NCBI GenBank assembly: GCA_043800065.1
Contig: JAZDNG010000029.1
Span: 2,837 to 66,836 of the forward strand
Origin: Candidatus Omnitrophota bacterium
GTDB lineage: Bacteria > Omnitrophota > Gorgyraeia > JAHIPI01
DNA: 64,000 nt
Direction: 5' to 3'
Below the pieces are notes generated by a model. The model was not told where the DNA came from, did no database searches, and was given only the letters and a program-made list of their open reading frames with translations. This document shows positions 55,247-63,694 of this stretch, piece by piece; positions within the stretch are counted from its first letter, which is position 1, and every line of letters begins with the position of its first letter. Made by a program: the position numbers and the translations under genes.

Positions 55247-57460
55247 ATGAACAAGTCTTTACAGTGGAAAATAATCGGAATAGTGGCTATTGTACTCTTT
55301 TCCTTATGGCTTATATGGCCGCCGCTTGCACTTAAGGATAAAGACGGCAATATACTTGAAAAAGGCAAGATAAATCTAGGCCTTGACCTCCAGGGAGGCA
55401 TGCATGTCGTCCTCAGAGTGGACGCGTCCAAGCTTTCGGCCGAAGCAAAGAAAGATGCGCTGGACAGGGCCATAGAAGTAATACGCAATAGAATTGACCA
55501 ATTCGGCGTAGGCGAGATGAGTATCCAGAAACAGGGCAAGGACCGCATAATAGTGCAGCTTCCGGGTATTACCGATAGAGACAGGGCCCTTGAGCTTATC
55601 GGCAAAACCGCCCACTTGGAATTCAAGCTCGTTTCGGACAATCAGGAAGATATAAAAAGGGCAGTTAATAACGAAGAAGTCCCCGGCTATGAATTGAAGT
55701 ATCTTGATAAAGGCCAGGGCGGCCGCGAGCCGCTTCTTATAGCGAAAAATGCCTCGTTTACGGGTGATTTACTGGTGGACGCGAGAACTGAATTCAGTTC
55801 AAAAGGTTTCGGTGAGCCTTACGTATCGATCCGTTTAAATAACAAAGGCGCCGATATATTCGCCGGCGTTACAGCGGCTAATATCGGGAAAAGGCTTGCG
55901 ATAGTGCTGGATGGAGAAATCCGCTCAGCGCCCATGATACGCGAGACGATTCCTTCAGGGCAGGCGCAGATAACGGGTAGTTTTTCCGCCGATGAGGCAA
56001 ACGATCTGGCAGTCGTGCTTCGGGCCGGCGCGCTGCCGGCGCCGGTTATAGTGGAGGAGGAAAGGACAGTCGGCCCGCTTCTCGGCGCGGATTCCATAAA
56101 AAGCGGTGTAAGAGCGACGCTTATAGGCGCTTTACTTGTATTTTTATTTATGATCTTCTACTACCGCCTGGCAGGCGTAGTGGCGGACATAGCGCTCGGC
56201 ATGAACCTTCTTTTTATATTGGCGTGCCTTTCGCTTTTTCACGGTACGCTTACTTTGCCGGGCATAGCGGGTTTGATACTGACCATCGGCATGTCGGTAG
56301 ACGCCAATATTCTAATATACGAAAGGATAAGAGAGGAATTGAATGCCGGCAAAGGCATCAAGTCGGCCATTGCTACCGGTTATAACCGGGCATTTTCCGC
56401 AATACTCGATTCAAACCTTACAACGATAGTCGCGGCGGCGCTCATATTTAAATTCGGCACGGGGCCTGTACGCGGCTTTGCCGTTACATTGACCATCGGT
56501 CTTCTGGCGAACCTCTTTACGGCCATAACTTGCACAAGGGCAATCTTTGAATTGCTTTATGAACAGTTTGGCCTTGTAAAGCTTACCATGATGCAATTTT
56601 TCCATAAAACCAATATAGATTTTATAAGTAAGCGCAGGATCTGCTACACGATCTCGGCCGTAATAATAATAGCGGGGCTCGTTACCTTCTTTGCGCGCGG
56701 AGAAAAGAACTTCGGCGTAGATTTCACGGGCGGCACGCTTGAACAGCTCATGTTCCAAAAACCGGTCAAGGTAGACGAGATCAGAAGCGCGCTCAAGGAA
56801 ATAGGATCCGGCAGTGCGTCTATCCAGCAATACGGCAATCCAAAAGAGGTTATAATAAGGACACCCAATGACATCTCCAAGAATATCTCCGATGTATTTA
56901 AGCAGAGATTCAGCGACAATCCGTATCAGGTCATGAAAATAGAAACCGTAGGGCCGGCAGTCGGCAAGAACCTGAGGCAAAATGCGACTATGAGTTTAAT
57001 TTTGGGGATTATGGGCATCCTCGTTTACATAATGTTCAGGTTCAGCCTTAAGTACGGCATCGCAGGCGTGGTGGCGCTTTTTCATGACGTTCTCATAGCG
57101 GTAGGCGCTCTTGCCCTGACCCGCAGGGAGTTTGACCTTACGATAGTGGCGGCGCTCTTAACGATAGCCGGTTATTCTATAAACGACACCATAGTCATCT
57201 TTGACAGAATCAGGGAAAACATGCGGCTTGTCAGAAAGGCCAATTTCACAGAAATAGTCAATATGAGCATCAATCAGACGCTTTCAAGGACCATACTTAC
57301 TACGGCAGTGACGATGCTTGTTGTTATTGCTTTGCTGTTCTGGGGAGGGGAAGTGCTGAACGGTTTTGCGTTCTGCCTTTTTGTCGGGATGATATCGGGT
57401 GTTTACTCGACTATTTTTATCGCGAGCCCTCTAATAATATCGTGGCGCAAGTCCCGGTAG
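55247..57460 (+). CDS. secDF: Protein-export membrane protein SecDF (fused)
   Basis: SecD periplasmic domain and TM bundle, followed by a SecF-like second bundle (…FGVDFTGGT…; …LHDVLIAVGALAL…). Confidence 0.85.
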   Translation: MNKSLQWKIIGIVAIVLFSLWLIWPPLALKDKDGNILEKGKINLGLDLQGGMHVVLRVDASKLSAEAKKDALDRAIEVIRNRIDQFGVGEMSIQKQGKDRIIVQLPGITDRDRALELIGKTAHLEFKLVSDNQEDIKRAVNNEEVPGYELKYLDKGQGGREPLLIAKNASFTGDLLVDARTEFSSKGFGEPYVSIRLNNKGADIFAGVTAANIGKRLAIVLDGEIRSAPMIRETIPSGQAQITGSFSADEANDLAVVLRAGALPAPVIVEEERTVGPLLGADSIKSGVRATLIGALLVFLFMIFYYRLAGVVADIALGMNLLFILACLSLFHGTLTLPGIAGLILTIGMSVDANILIYERIREELNAGKGIKSAIATGYNRAFSAILDSNLTTIVAAALIFKFGTGPVRGFAVTLTIGLLANLFTAITCTRAIFELLYEQFGLVKLTMMQFFHKTNIDFISKRRICYTISAVIIIAGLVTFFARGEKNFGVDFTGGTLEQLMFQKPVKVDEIRSALKEIGSGSASIQQYGNPKEVIIRTPNDISKNISDVFKQRFSDNPYQVMKIETVGPAVGKNLRQNATMSLILGIMGILVYIMFRFSLKYGIAGVVALFHDVLIAVGALALTRREFDLTIVAALLTIAGYSINDTIVIFDRIRENMRLVRKANFTEIVNMSINQTLSRTILTTAVTMLVVIALLFWGGEVLNGFAFCLFVGMISGVYSTIFIASPLIISWRKSR

Positions 57461-57510
57461 ACTGAAAGTCTAAGCGGGATAAACACGGATCTACAAAATA
57501 AGGCGAATAA

Positions 57511-58404
57511 ATGTCTCACCAGATAGGGTACGAAAAAGGCGAGAAGGGGTCTTTTGTAAGCGCCCTGACTAACGGCATTCTTTTTATATTCAAGATGTTT
57601 GCCGGCATAGTCGGGAATTCCAATGCTATGATAGCGGATGCCTTGGATACGCTGGGCGACGTAATGACTTCGACCGGCATGATAGTCGGCTTTAAAATCG
57701 CAAAACAACCGCCCGACGCCCATCATCCGTACGGCCATGGCCGCGCCGAATCCATAATAGCGAAACTCCTCGCGATATTTCTGATTTTACTCGGGATTAA
57801 AGTGGCTTGCAACTCGCTTTCTGCTATATATGAGGCCATTGAGCACGGCAGGACATACGTGCCTCAACAAATCGCGATGATCGCGGCCATCGTTTCTATC
57901 GTCGTGAAGCTGGGGCTCTTCCAGTATCTGACTATCCTGAACAGGACATTATCCAGCACGAGCATTGCCGTCTATTCGTGGAATATCGCCTCCGACGTCT
58001 TTTCATCCATCGTAGCGCTTATCGGCATAGCCGGAGCGCGGCTCGGTATGCCGCTTTTAGACCCGATCGCGGCGCTCATACTATCTGCTTTAATAATAAG
58101 GATAGGGGTGGAGGCATTTCACAGGGCATATGATGAGCTTATGGATGCCGCGCCCTCCAAAGAAATTATGAATGCCATAAGGAGGACAACCCTTCTTAAT
58201 AAAAACGTAAGAGCGATCAAGGATGTAAAAGTCCGGAAGATGGGCCTTGAGCTTATCATAGACATGACTATAGATCTAGACAAGAGTATTTCTATCGAAA
58301 AAGGCCACGCAATAACCGACCAGGTCACTAAAGATATCCTAAATAAGATCCCCGCGGCAAAGGAAGTTTTTATCCACGTAGAACCTTTCAAGGGAAAGAG
58401 ATAA
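57511..58404 (+). CDS. Cation diffusion facilitator family transporter
   Basis: Six TM helices with …ADALDTLGD… and …HGHGRAES… motifs. C-terminal cytoplasmic domain. Confidence 0.75.
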   Translation: MSHQIGYEKGEKGSFVSALTNGILFIFKMFAGIVGNSNAMIADALDTLGDVMTSTGMIVGFKIAKQPPDAHHPYGHGRAESIIAKLLAIFLILLGIKVACNSLSAIYEAIEHGRTYVPQQIAMIAAIVSIVVKLGLFQYLTILNRTLSSTSIAVYSWNIASDVFSSIVALIGIAGARLGMPLLDPIAALILSALIIRIGVEAFHRAYDELMDAAPSKEIMNAIRRTTLLNKNVRAIKDVKVRKMGLELIIDMTIDLDKSISIEKGHAITDQVTKDILNKIPAAKEVFIHVEPFKGKR

Positions 58405-58491
58405 GATTCCGGCTGTTAATTGCTGCGTAAGACCCACAAAAATATCTTGGGGTTTCTTACTTTTCAAGATGTAATTGGTAAAAGGGCATAA

Positions 58492-60336
58492 ATGGAAAGA
58501 GAATTAAAAAAAGAGTTAGGCCTCTTAGATATCTTCTCGGTAGCGACCGGCGCTATGATAAGTTCCGGCTTATTCATACTTCCGGGATTAGCCTTCGCCA
58601 TGGCCGGGCCGGCCGTCGTCATGTCTTATCTTATAGCGGCAATACTTTGTATTCCAACTCTTCTCAGTAAAGCGGAATTGACTACGGCTATGCCGAAGGC
58701 GGGCGGCGATTATTTTTATATAATGCGTGGATTCGGACCTCTCTTTGGGACTATAGCCGGTTTTAGCGCCTGGTTTTCCCTCAGCATGAAAGGGGCATTT
58801 GCGCTTATAGGCATGGGCGCGTATTTGAGCATATTTACCCACCTTTCGTTATCTACAGTTGCGCTTATTTGCTGCTTATCCTTTATCCTTATTAATTTAA
58901 TCAGTGTAAAAGAAGCGGGAAAGTTTCAGGTCTTTTTGGTAATAGGCCTTTTGGCCATACTCATCGCTTATGTGATTTTCGGCCTGAGAATATCCAATGC
59001 TTCCAATTTCTCGCCGTTTTTTTCCAAAGGACTCGGATCCGTATTTGCGACAGCAAGTTTTGTCTTTATATCTTACGGCGGGCTTACCAAAATCGCGGCG
59101 CTTGCCGAAGAGACAAAAGATCCCGGCCGAAACTTGCCTTTGGGCATAATCCTTTCACTTAGCGTGACGGCTGTTTTGTATGCGTTGGTAATCTTTGTTA
59201 CTATAGGAGTGCTCGATCCCGCAAATCTGAAAGAAACCCTTACGCCAATTTCTGACGGCGCAAAAGTGATAGGCGGGGATATTTTTACTCTCGTAATAAG
59301 CATAGGCGCATTTTTGGCGTTTATTTCTACCGCCAATGCGGCTATTATGACGGCTTCAAGATATCCTTTGGGCATGAGCCGGGACAATCTTCTCCCGTCC
59401 ATATTTCAAAAGGTCCTCCCTAAATTCAAAACACCGTATATCTCCATTCTTGTCACCGGGCTTTTTATGATAGCGGCTATATTATTCCTGAAACTGGAGC
59501 TTTTAGTGAAGATCGCATCTAGTATATTGATATTACTTTTTATTTTCGCCAATCTAACGCTTATTCTTTTTAGGGAGAGTAAGATCTCGAGCTACAGGCC
59601 TAAATTTTATTCACCGTTTTATCCTTACATGCAAATCGCGGGCATACTGGGCGGGATCTTTCTTTTGATGGAAATGGGGACATTTATTGTGTTTCTGACG
59701 ATGCTATTTGTTTTTTTGGGATTTGTTTGGTACAAGGTGTACGCGCAGAAAAATACCTCTCAGGATTCGGCGCTCATATATGTCCTGGAGCGCCTGGTAG
59801 CAAGCGATAGAGAGCTCGCGTCGGAAAACCTTCTTACCGAACTGAAGGATATAGTTATCCAGAGAGACGATATTATAAAAGATAGATTTCATAAGCTTGT
59901 GGAGGGCGCCAAGGTCATCGACATAGGCGAGGTCACCACCGCGGAAGATTTTTTCCGGGATATATCGGTTGTTTTGGGCAAAGACCTTGGTCTGGATCCT
60001 CAGATATTATGCAAAAGGTTCATCGCAAGAGAAGAAGAAGTGAGCACCGTAATAAAGAAGGGCCTCGCCATTCCGCACATAGTCGTTGAAGGCAAAAATA
60101 TCGCGAGGATTATTCTCGTAAGGTCGAAGAAAGGTATAGTCTTCTCTCATGATGAAATCGTGCATATTGTATTTGTTATCGCGGGTTCCGCTGATTGCCG
60201 GATGCTTCACCTCAAAATTTTGGCCGCAATCGCGGAGATTGCCCAGGGTGCTGAGTTTGGCAAAAGATGGATGGATGCGCCGAACGAAGACGGATTGAGG
60301 AGCATAGTCCTTTTGGCAAAAAGAAGAAGGGGGTAA
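58492..60336 (+). CDS. APC-family amino-acid permease fused to a C-terminal PTS EIIA-2 (EIIA-Ntr-like) domain
   Basis: 12-TM APC core (…SGLFILPG…). The C-terminal 150 aa contain …KKGLAIPHIVVEG…, which matches the EIIA-2 phospho-His site context. Confidence 0.65.
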   Translation: MERELKKELGLLDIFSVATGAMISSGLFILPGLAFAMAGPAVVMSYLIAAILCIPTLLSKAELTTAMPKAGGDYFYIMRGFGPLFGTIAGFSAWFSLSMKGAFALIGMGAYLSIFTHLSLSTVALICCLSFILINLISVKEAGKFQVFLVIGLLAILIAYVIFGLRISNASNFSPFFSKGLGSVFATASFVFISYGGLTKIAALAEETKDPGRNLPLGIILSLSVTAVLYALVIFVTIGVLDPANLKETLTPISDGAKVIGGDIFTLVISIGAFLAFISTANAAIMTASRYPLGMSRDNLLPSIFQKVLPKFKTPYISILVTGLFMIAAILFLKLELLVKIASSILILLFIFANLTLILFRESKISSYRPKFYSPFYPYMQIAGILGGIFLLMEMGTFIVFLTMLFVFLGFVWYKVYAQKNTSQDSALIYVLERLVASDRELASENLLTELKDIVIQRDDIIKDRFHKLVEGAKVIDIGEVTTAEDFFRDISVVLGKDLGLDPQILCKRFIAREEEVSTVIKKGLAIPHIVVEGKNIARIILVRSKKGIVFSHDEIVHIVFVIAGSADCRMLHLKILAAIAEIAQGAEFGKRWMDAPNEDGLRSIVLLAKRRRG

Positions 60337-60342
60337 TTAATC

Positions 60343-60741
60343 ATGATTAGCGCTAAGATATTGGTGGTGGATGATGAACCCGTTATTCTGGAGATGCTGA
60401 CGCTTAGATTGAAGAAAAATGGTTATGAGGTAATAACCGCTATAGATAGGGAGTAATGCCTCAGAAGAGCCGAAAAAGAGTCACCTGACCTAATCATACT
60501 GGATGCTCTCATGCCGGGTTTGAGCGGATTTGAGGTATGCAAACGTTTAAAAGCAAGCGACAATACCAGGGGCATTCCAGTTATAATGCTTACGGCCTTA
60601 GGGGGCGATAAAGAATTATCCGAAGGACTCGAGGACGGCGCAGAGTGTTTTATCACCAAGCCATTCAACCCCGTAGATCTGTTGAGCGAGATCAAGATCG
60701 CGCTGGATAAGAAGGAAAAGCGGAAGACCAATATAACTTGA
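60343..60741 (+). pseudogene. CheY-like response-regulator receiver gene interrupted by an in-frame TAA (codon 38; 60454-60456)
   Basis: Upstream segment MISAKILVVDDEPVILEMLTLRLKKNGYEVITAIDRE, then a TAA stop. The same frame continues CLRRAEKESPDLIILDALMPGLSGFEV…ITKPF… through to the TGA at 60739. The TAA sits where the conserved Gly-Glu-Ala-Leu normally lies. Confidence 0.5.
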
Positions 60742-60760
60742 GATAGAAGTTATCCAAAAA

Positions 60761-60786
60761 GTAGCGGACGTTTAAACGTCCGCTAC
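60761..60786. terminator. Perfect 26-nt palindrome GTAGCGGACGTTTAAACGTCCGCTAC (same family as 49933..49962)
   Basis: Perfect palindrome. Located 20 nt after the response-regulator stop. Confidence 0.35.
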
Positions 60787-61095
60787 AGCTACCACTAAGA
60801 ATTTCCTTTACACCCTGCCGCAAATTAAGTATAATAATGAGACAATTTTGCGATGTGATATACTTCTGGGTCCGCCTTCGCCATATTGCTTTCGTGTGCG
60901 GCTACGGCGGGACGCCGCCAGATAGGAAATAGCTGGGCTCGTAGCTTCCCGCCTACACACTAGCGTGTTCGGCGGGACCCCGCAGAGGAGCGAAGCGACG
61001 CATGCGGGGCAATTGGTTAGTTCATCAGTATCTTCGAACTAATCTAAAGCATGAAAAATGGCATCTGCTGCTACGGCAAACAAATTATTATAGCT

Positions 61096-61172
61096 GGGCT
61101 CGTAGCTCAATTGGTTAGAGCATTTGACTCATAATCAAAGGGTTCCTGGTTCAAGTCCAGGCGGGCCCACCA
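61096..61172 (+). tRNA. tRNA-Met (anticodon CAT; elongator-type, could alternatively be a lysidine tRNA-Ile2), CCA-encoded
   Basis: Manual cloverleaf: acceptor GGGCTCG/CGGGCCC. D arm GCTC-AATTGGTTA-GAGC. Anticodon arm TTTGA-CTCATAA-TCAAA. T arm CCTGG-TTCAAGT-CCAGG. Discriminator A plus CCA. There is no C1:A72 mismatch and no run of three G-C pairs in the anticodon stem, so it is not an initiator. Confidence 0.85.
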
Positions 61173-61177
61173 ACTTT

Positions 61178-62233
61178 ATGCTATTTAATCCAAAATACAC
61201 AATTACCGACGAAATCTTAAATAACCTCACGGCTATTGCAACTGCGCGCGAAGTTATTGAGCAGGCATATTTAGTTCCTAAGTGGGAAGCGAAGCTAAGG
61301 CGCCAGACATTACTGCGCAATACCCATTCATCAACTGCCATTGAAGGCAATAAATTAAGCCTTGAGCAGGTCGAAGCATTAGCGGATGGCAAAGATATTA
61401 TCGCTACAAACAAAGATAAGCAGGAAGTTTTAAATTATATAGAAGCGTTAGAAAAAGTTCCTACCCTTACCGAAAAAGGGAAGATAAAGGCAGCAGATTT
61501 GTTAAATATCCATCGGATAATAACCAAAAACGTTATGCAGAATTCTACTGATTCGGGGGTATTTAGAAACAGACAAGTTTTCGTCGGCAAGAGGGTTTTT
61601 GATGGCACCGGCTTCAAAGAGGAAGTAGAATATATGCCGCCTAAAACAGAAGAAGTGCCGCAACTAGTCGAAGAATTCATAGACTGGCTGAACTTTGATA
61701 AGACATGGGGGATCAATCCTGTTTTATTAGCCGGCATAGTACATTATGAAATAGCAAGAATCCATCCTTTTGTTGATGGAAATGGCCGCACCGCAAGATT
61801 ATTTGCCACGCTTATTTTATACTTAAGCGGTTTTGACCACAGAAGGATATTTGCTCTCGATGATTATTATGACAGGGATAGGTATACATATTACGCGGCA
61901 TTGAAAACCGCTCAGCAGAATAACGGCGATATTACTCAGTGGCTCGAATATTTTACGACCGGAGTAGCGTATTCTGTCAACGAAGCAAAGGAAGCCGTCT
62001 TAAAAGTAGGCACTAAAAAGAAGGCCGGACAAAAAGCGCAACTTGCTCTTACGTCAAAGCAAATGAAAATTGTTGAATATATCAATATTAATGGCAAAGC
62101 AACTAATAAGGATTTGCAGGGATTATTTAAGATCTCTGCCCAAGCAGTTCACAAAGATTTGACTAAACTTGTAGAGCTTAAAGTGATAAAACCCGTAGGA
62201 AAAGGCAGAGCGCTGCATTACGTTTTGACATAA
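61178..62233 (+). CDS. Fic/Doc-family protein (Fido domain) with a C-terminal winged-helix
   Basis: Canonical HPFVDGNGRTARL Fic motif. Start moved to MLFNPKYT at 61178, because the six-frame ORF start lies inside the tRNA. Confidence 0.8.
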   Translation: MLFNPKYTITDEILNNLTAIATAREVIEQAYLVPKWEAKLRRQTLLRNTHSSTAIEGNKLSLEQVEALADGKDIIATNKDKQEVLNYIEALEKVPTLTEKGKIKAADLLNIHRIITKNVMQNSTDSGVFRNRQVFVGKRVFDGTGFKEEVEYMPPKTEEVPQLVEEFIDWLNFDKTWGINPVLLAGIVHYEIARIHPFVDGNGRTARLFATLILYLSGFDHRRIFALDDYYDRDRYTYYAALKTAQQNNGDITQWLEYFTTGVAYSVNEAKEAVLKVGTKKKAGQKAQLALTSKQMKIVEYININGKATNKDLQGLFKISAQAVHKDLTKLVELKVIKPVGKGRALHYVLT

Positions 62234-62236
62234 ATT

Positions 62237-62272
62237 TTGGTTGATGATTTGGTTGATGATTTGGTTGATGAT
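62237..62272. repeat. Three tandem copies of the 12-mer TTGGTTGATGAT
   Basis: Three exact copies with no spacing, ending 8 nt upstream of tRNA-Val. Confidence 0.6.
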
Positions 62273-62280
62273 TCCAATAT

Positions 62281-62357
62281 GGGCGGTTGGCGCAGTTGGT
62301 CAGCGCGTGTGCCTCACATGCACAAGGTCGGTGGTTCGAGCCCACTACCGCCCACCA
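62281..62357 (+). tRNA. tRNA-Val (anticodon CAC), CCA-encoded
   Basis: Acceptor GGGCGGT/ACCGCCC. D arm GCGC-AGTTGGTCA-GCGC. Anticodon arm TGTGC-CTCACAT-GCACA. T arm GGTGG-TTCGAGC-CCACT. Discriminator A plus CCA. Confidence 0.85.
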
Positions 62358-62539
62358 ACTTTTCCGAAGGAAAAGTTGGTCCCGTGACCGCAGGGAATCC
62401 CGTAGGGGCGACCGAAGGGAGTCCCGTTAGGGAGGGAATGCCGAGGCCATCCGGCCGAGGCGAGCAGCGTTAAGTCCGCCGAAGGCGGATAGCTGCAGAG
62501 GGACCACCGAGGCGTTCAGCATCCAAACCATAAGGAAAC

Positions 62540-63250
62540 ATGGCAATAGCGGAACTTTTGAATAATCTAATAGAACTACAGGCGATTGACAAAGAGATTT
62601 ATGACTGCAAAAGACAGCTTCAAGAGGTTCCGACGACCATAAAGGGGCTCGAACTGGAGATGGAAACTGCCTCAGCCCAGGCAAAGAAAAAAGACGGAGA
62701 ACTTAAGGCATGCCAGCTCAAGCGTAAAGAAAAAGAGATAGATCTGGAGACGAAAGAGAATGGCATTAAGAAACTTCAGGGGCAGCTTTATCAGGTGAAG
62801 ACAAACAACGAATATAACGCGCTGGAAAAAGAGATAGGCGGCTTAAAAGCCGATAAGTCATTGCTGGAAGAGGAGATCCTTGGCATATTCGACAAGGTAG
62901 AGACGGCGGAGAACGAAGTCGCCGAAGCCAAAAAGGCGCTTTTTGAGGAAAAAAATAGGATAGACAGCGAGAAGGTCAAGCTGGAAAGTGCGCGTAAAGA
63001 GACAGAAGTGAAGCTGGCGGAATTTGAGGAGAAGCGTAAGCGCGTACTTCCGATGATAGACAAAGAGACGCTCAGGCGCTACGAACGTATATTGCACGGA
63101 AAAGACGGCATGGCGCTAGTCGTGGTAAAAGGCGAAAATTGCGGCGGCTGCTTTGTGCATCTGCCTCCACAGGTAATAAACGAAATAAGGTTAAAAGAAA
63201 AGATAATCTACTGCGAACGCTGCGCAAGGATGCTTTTTACTGAAGATTAA
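62540..63250 (+). CDS. Coiled-coil plus C4 zinc-ribbon protein (COG1579-like)
   Basis: Long heptad-rich coiled coil. C-terminal …CGGCFVHLPPQVINEIRLKEKIIYCERC… zinc ribbon. Confidence 0.55.
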   Translation: MAIAELLNNLIELQAIDKEIYDCKRQLQEVPTTIKGLELEMETASAQAKKKDGELKACQLKRKEKEIDLETKENGIKKLQGQLYQVKTNNEYNALEKEIGGLKADKSLLEEEILGIFDKVETAENEVAEAKKALFEEKNRIDSEKVKLESARKETEVKLAEFEEKRKRVLPMIDKETLRRYERILHGKDGMALVVVKGENCGGCFVHLPPQVINEIRLKEKIIYCERCARMLFTED

Positions 63251-63251
63251 A

Positions 63252-63692
63252 ATGAAAAAAAAGAGTTTAGAGATATCCATATATATAGACGGCGCGGCCA
63301 GAGGGAATCCCGGCCCCGCGGGCGCGGGTATTATCCTTAAAGACGCTAAAAAGACGGTAAGAGAGATCCATAAATATCTCGGAGAAGCGACCAATAATGT
63401 GGCCGAATATAGCGCCGCTATTTTAGGTCTAGAGGAAGCAATCGCGCTCGGATATAAGAATGCCGTGCTTCATATGGACAGCGAGCTGGTGTCTCAGCAG
63501 TTAAAGGGTGAGTACAGGGTAAGGGACGAAAACATGAAGGTGCTTTTCGAAAAGGCCATTCGGCTCATAAACAGTTTTGACAGCGTGAAAATAGTAAAGA
63601 TAGATAGAGAGAATAATAAGGAAGCAGATAAACTTGCCAACAAGGCCATAAATCTTTCAGGCCTTGGCGCGGCAAGTAAAATAATCATATAG
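63252..63692 (+). CDS. rnhA: Ribonuclease HI-family protein
   Basis: …ISIYIDGAARGNPGPAGAGIIL…, …EATNNVAEYSAAILGLE…, …MDSELV…, …NKEADKLAN… correspond to the RNase H D-E-D-D catalytic motifs. Confidence 0.75.
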   Translation: MKKKSLEISIYIDGAARGNPGPAGAGIILKDAKKTVREIHKYLGEATNNVAEYSAAILGLEEAIALGYKNAVLHMDSELVSQQLKGEYRVRDENMKVLFEKAIRLINSFDSVKIVKIDRENNKEADKLANKAINLSGLGAASKIII

Positions 63693-63694
63693 TT

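Noticed and set aside
58405-58491. Possible terminator after the CDF transporter (GTAAGACCC…GGGGTTTCTTAC)
   Set aside because: The stem is imperfect and the arm lengths are unequal. Too weak to call without folding energy.
60454-60456. Genome-wide stop-codon reassignment (TAA as sense)
   Set aside because: Many confidently called genes in the window (for example pseB's neighbours, rpsO and the Fic gene) terminate at TAA with proper downstream starts. The internal TAA is therefore local.
61124-61177. ORF-caller start of the Fic gene at 61124
   Set aside because: Positions 61124-61172 are the 3' half of tRNA-Met. The conserved Fic protein begins at MLFNPKYT (61178).
62237-62272. Possible CRISPR array
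   Set aside because: There are only three repeats of 12 nt with no spacers, which is far too short. It is a simple tandem repeat.
62237-62473. 78-aa plus-strand ORF (MVDDLVDDLVDD…)
   Set aside because: Its translation is the 12-mer tandem repeat, and it runs straight through tRNA-Val. It is an artefact.
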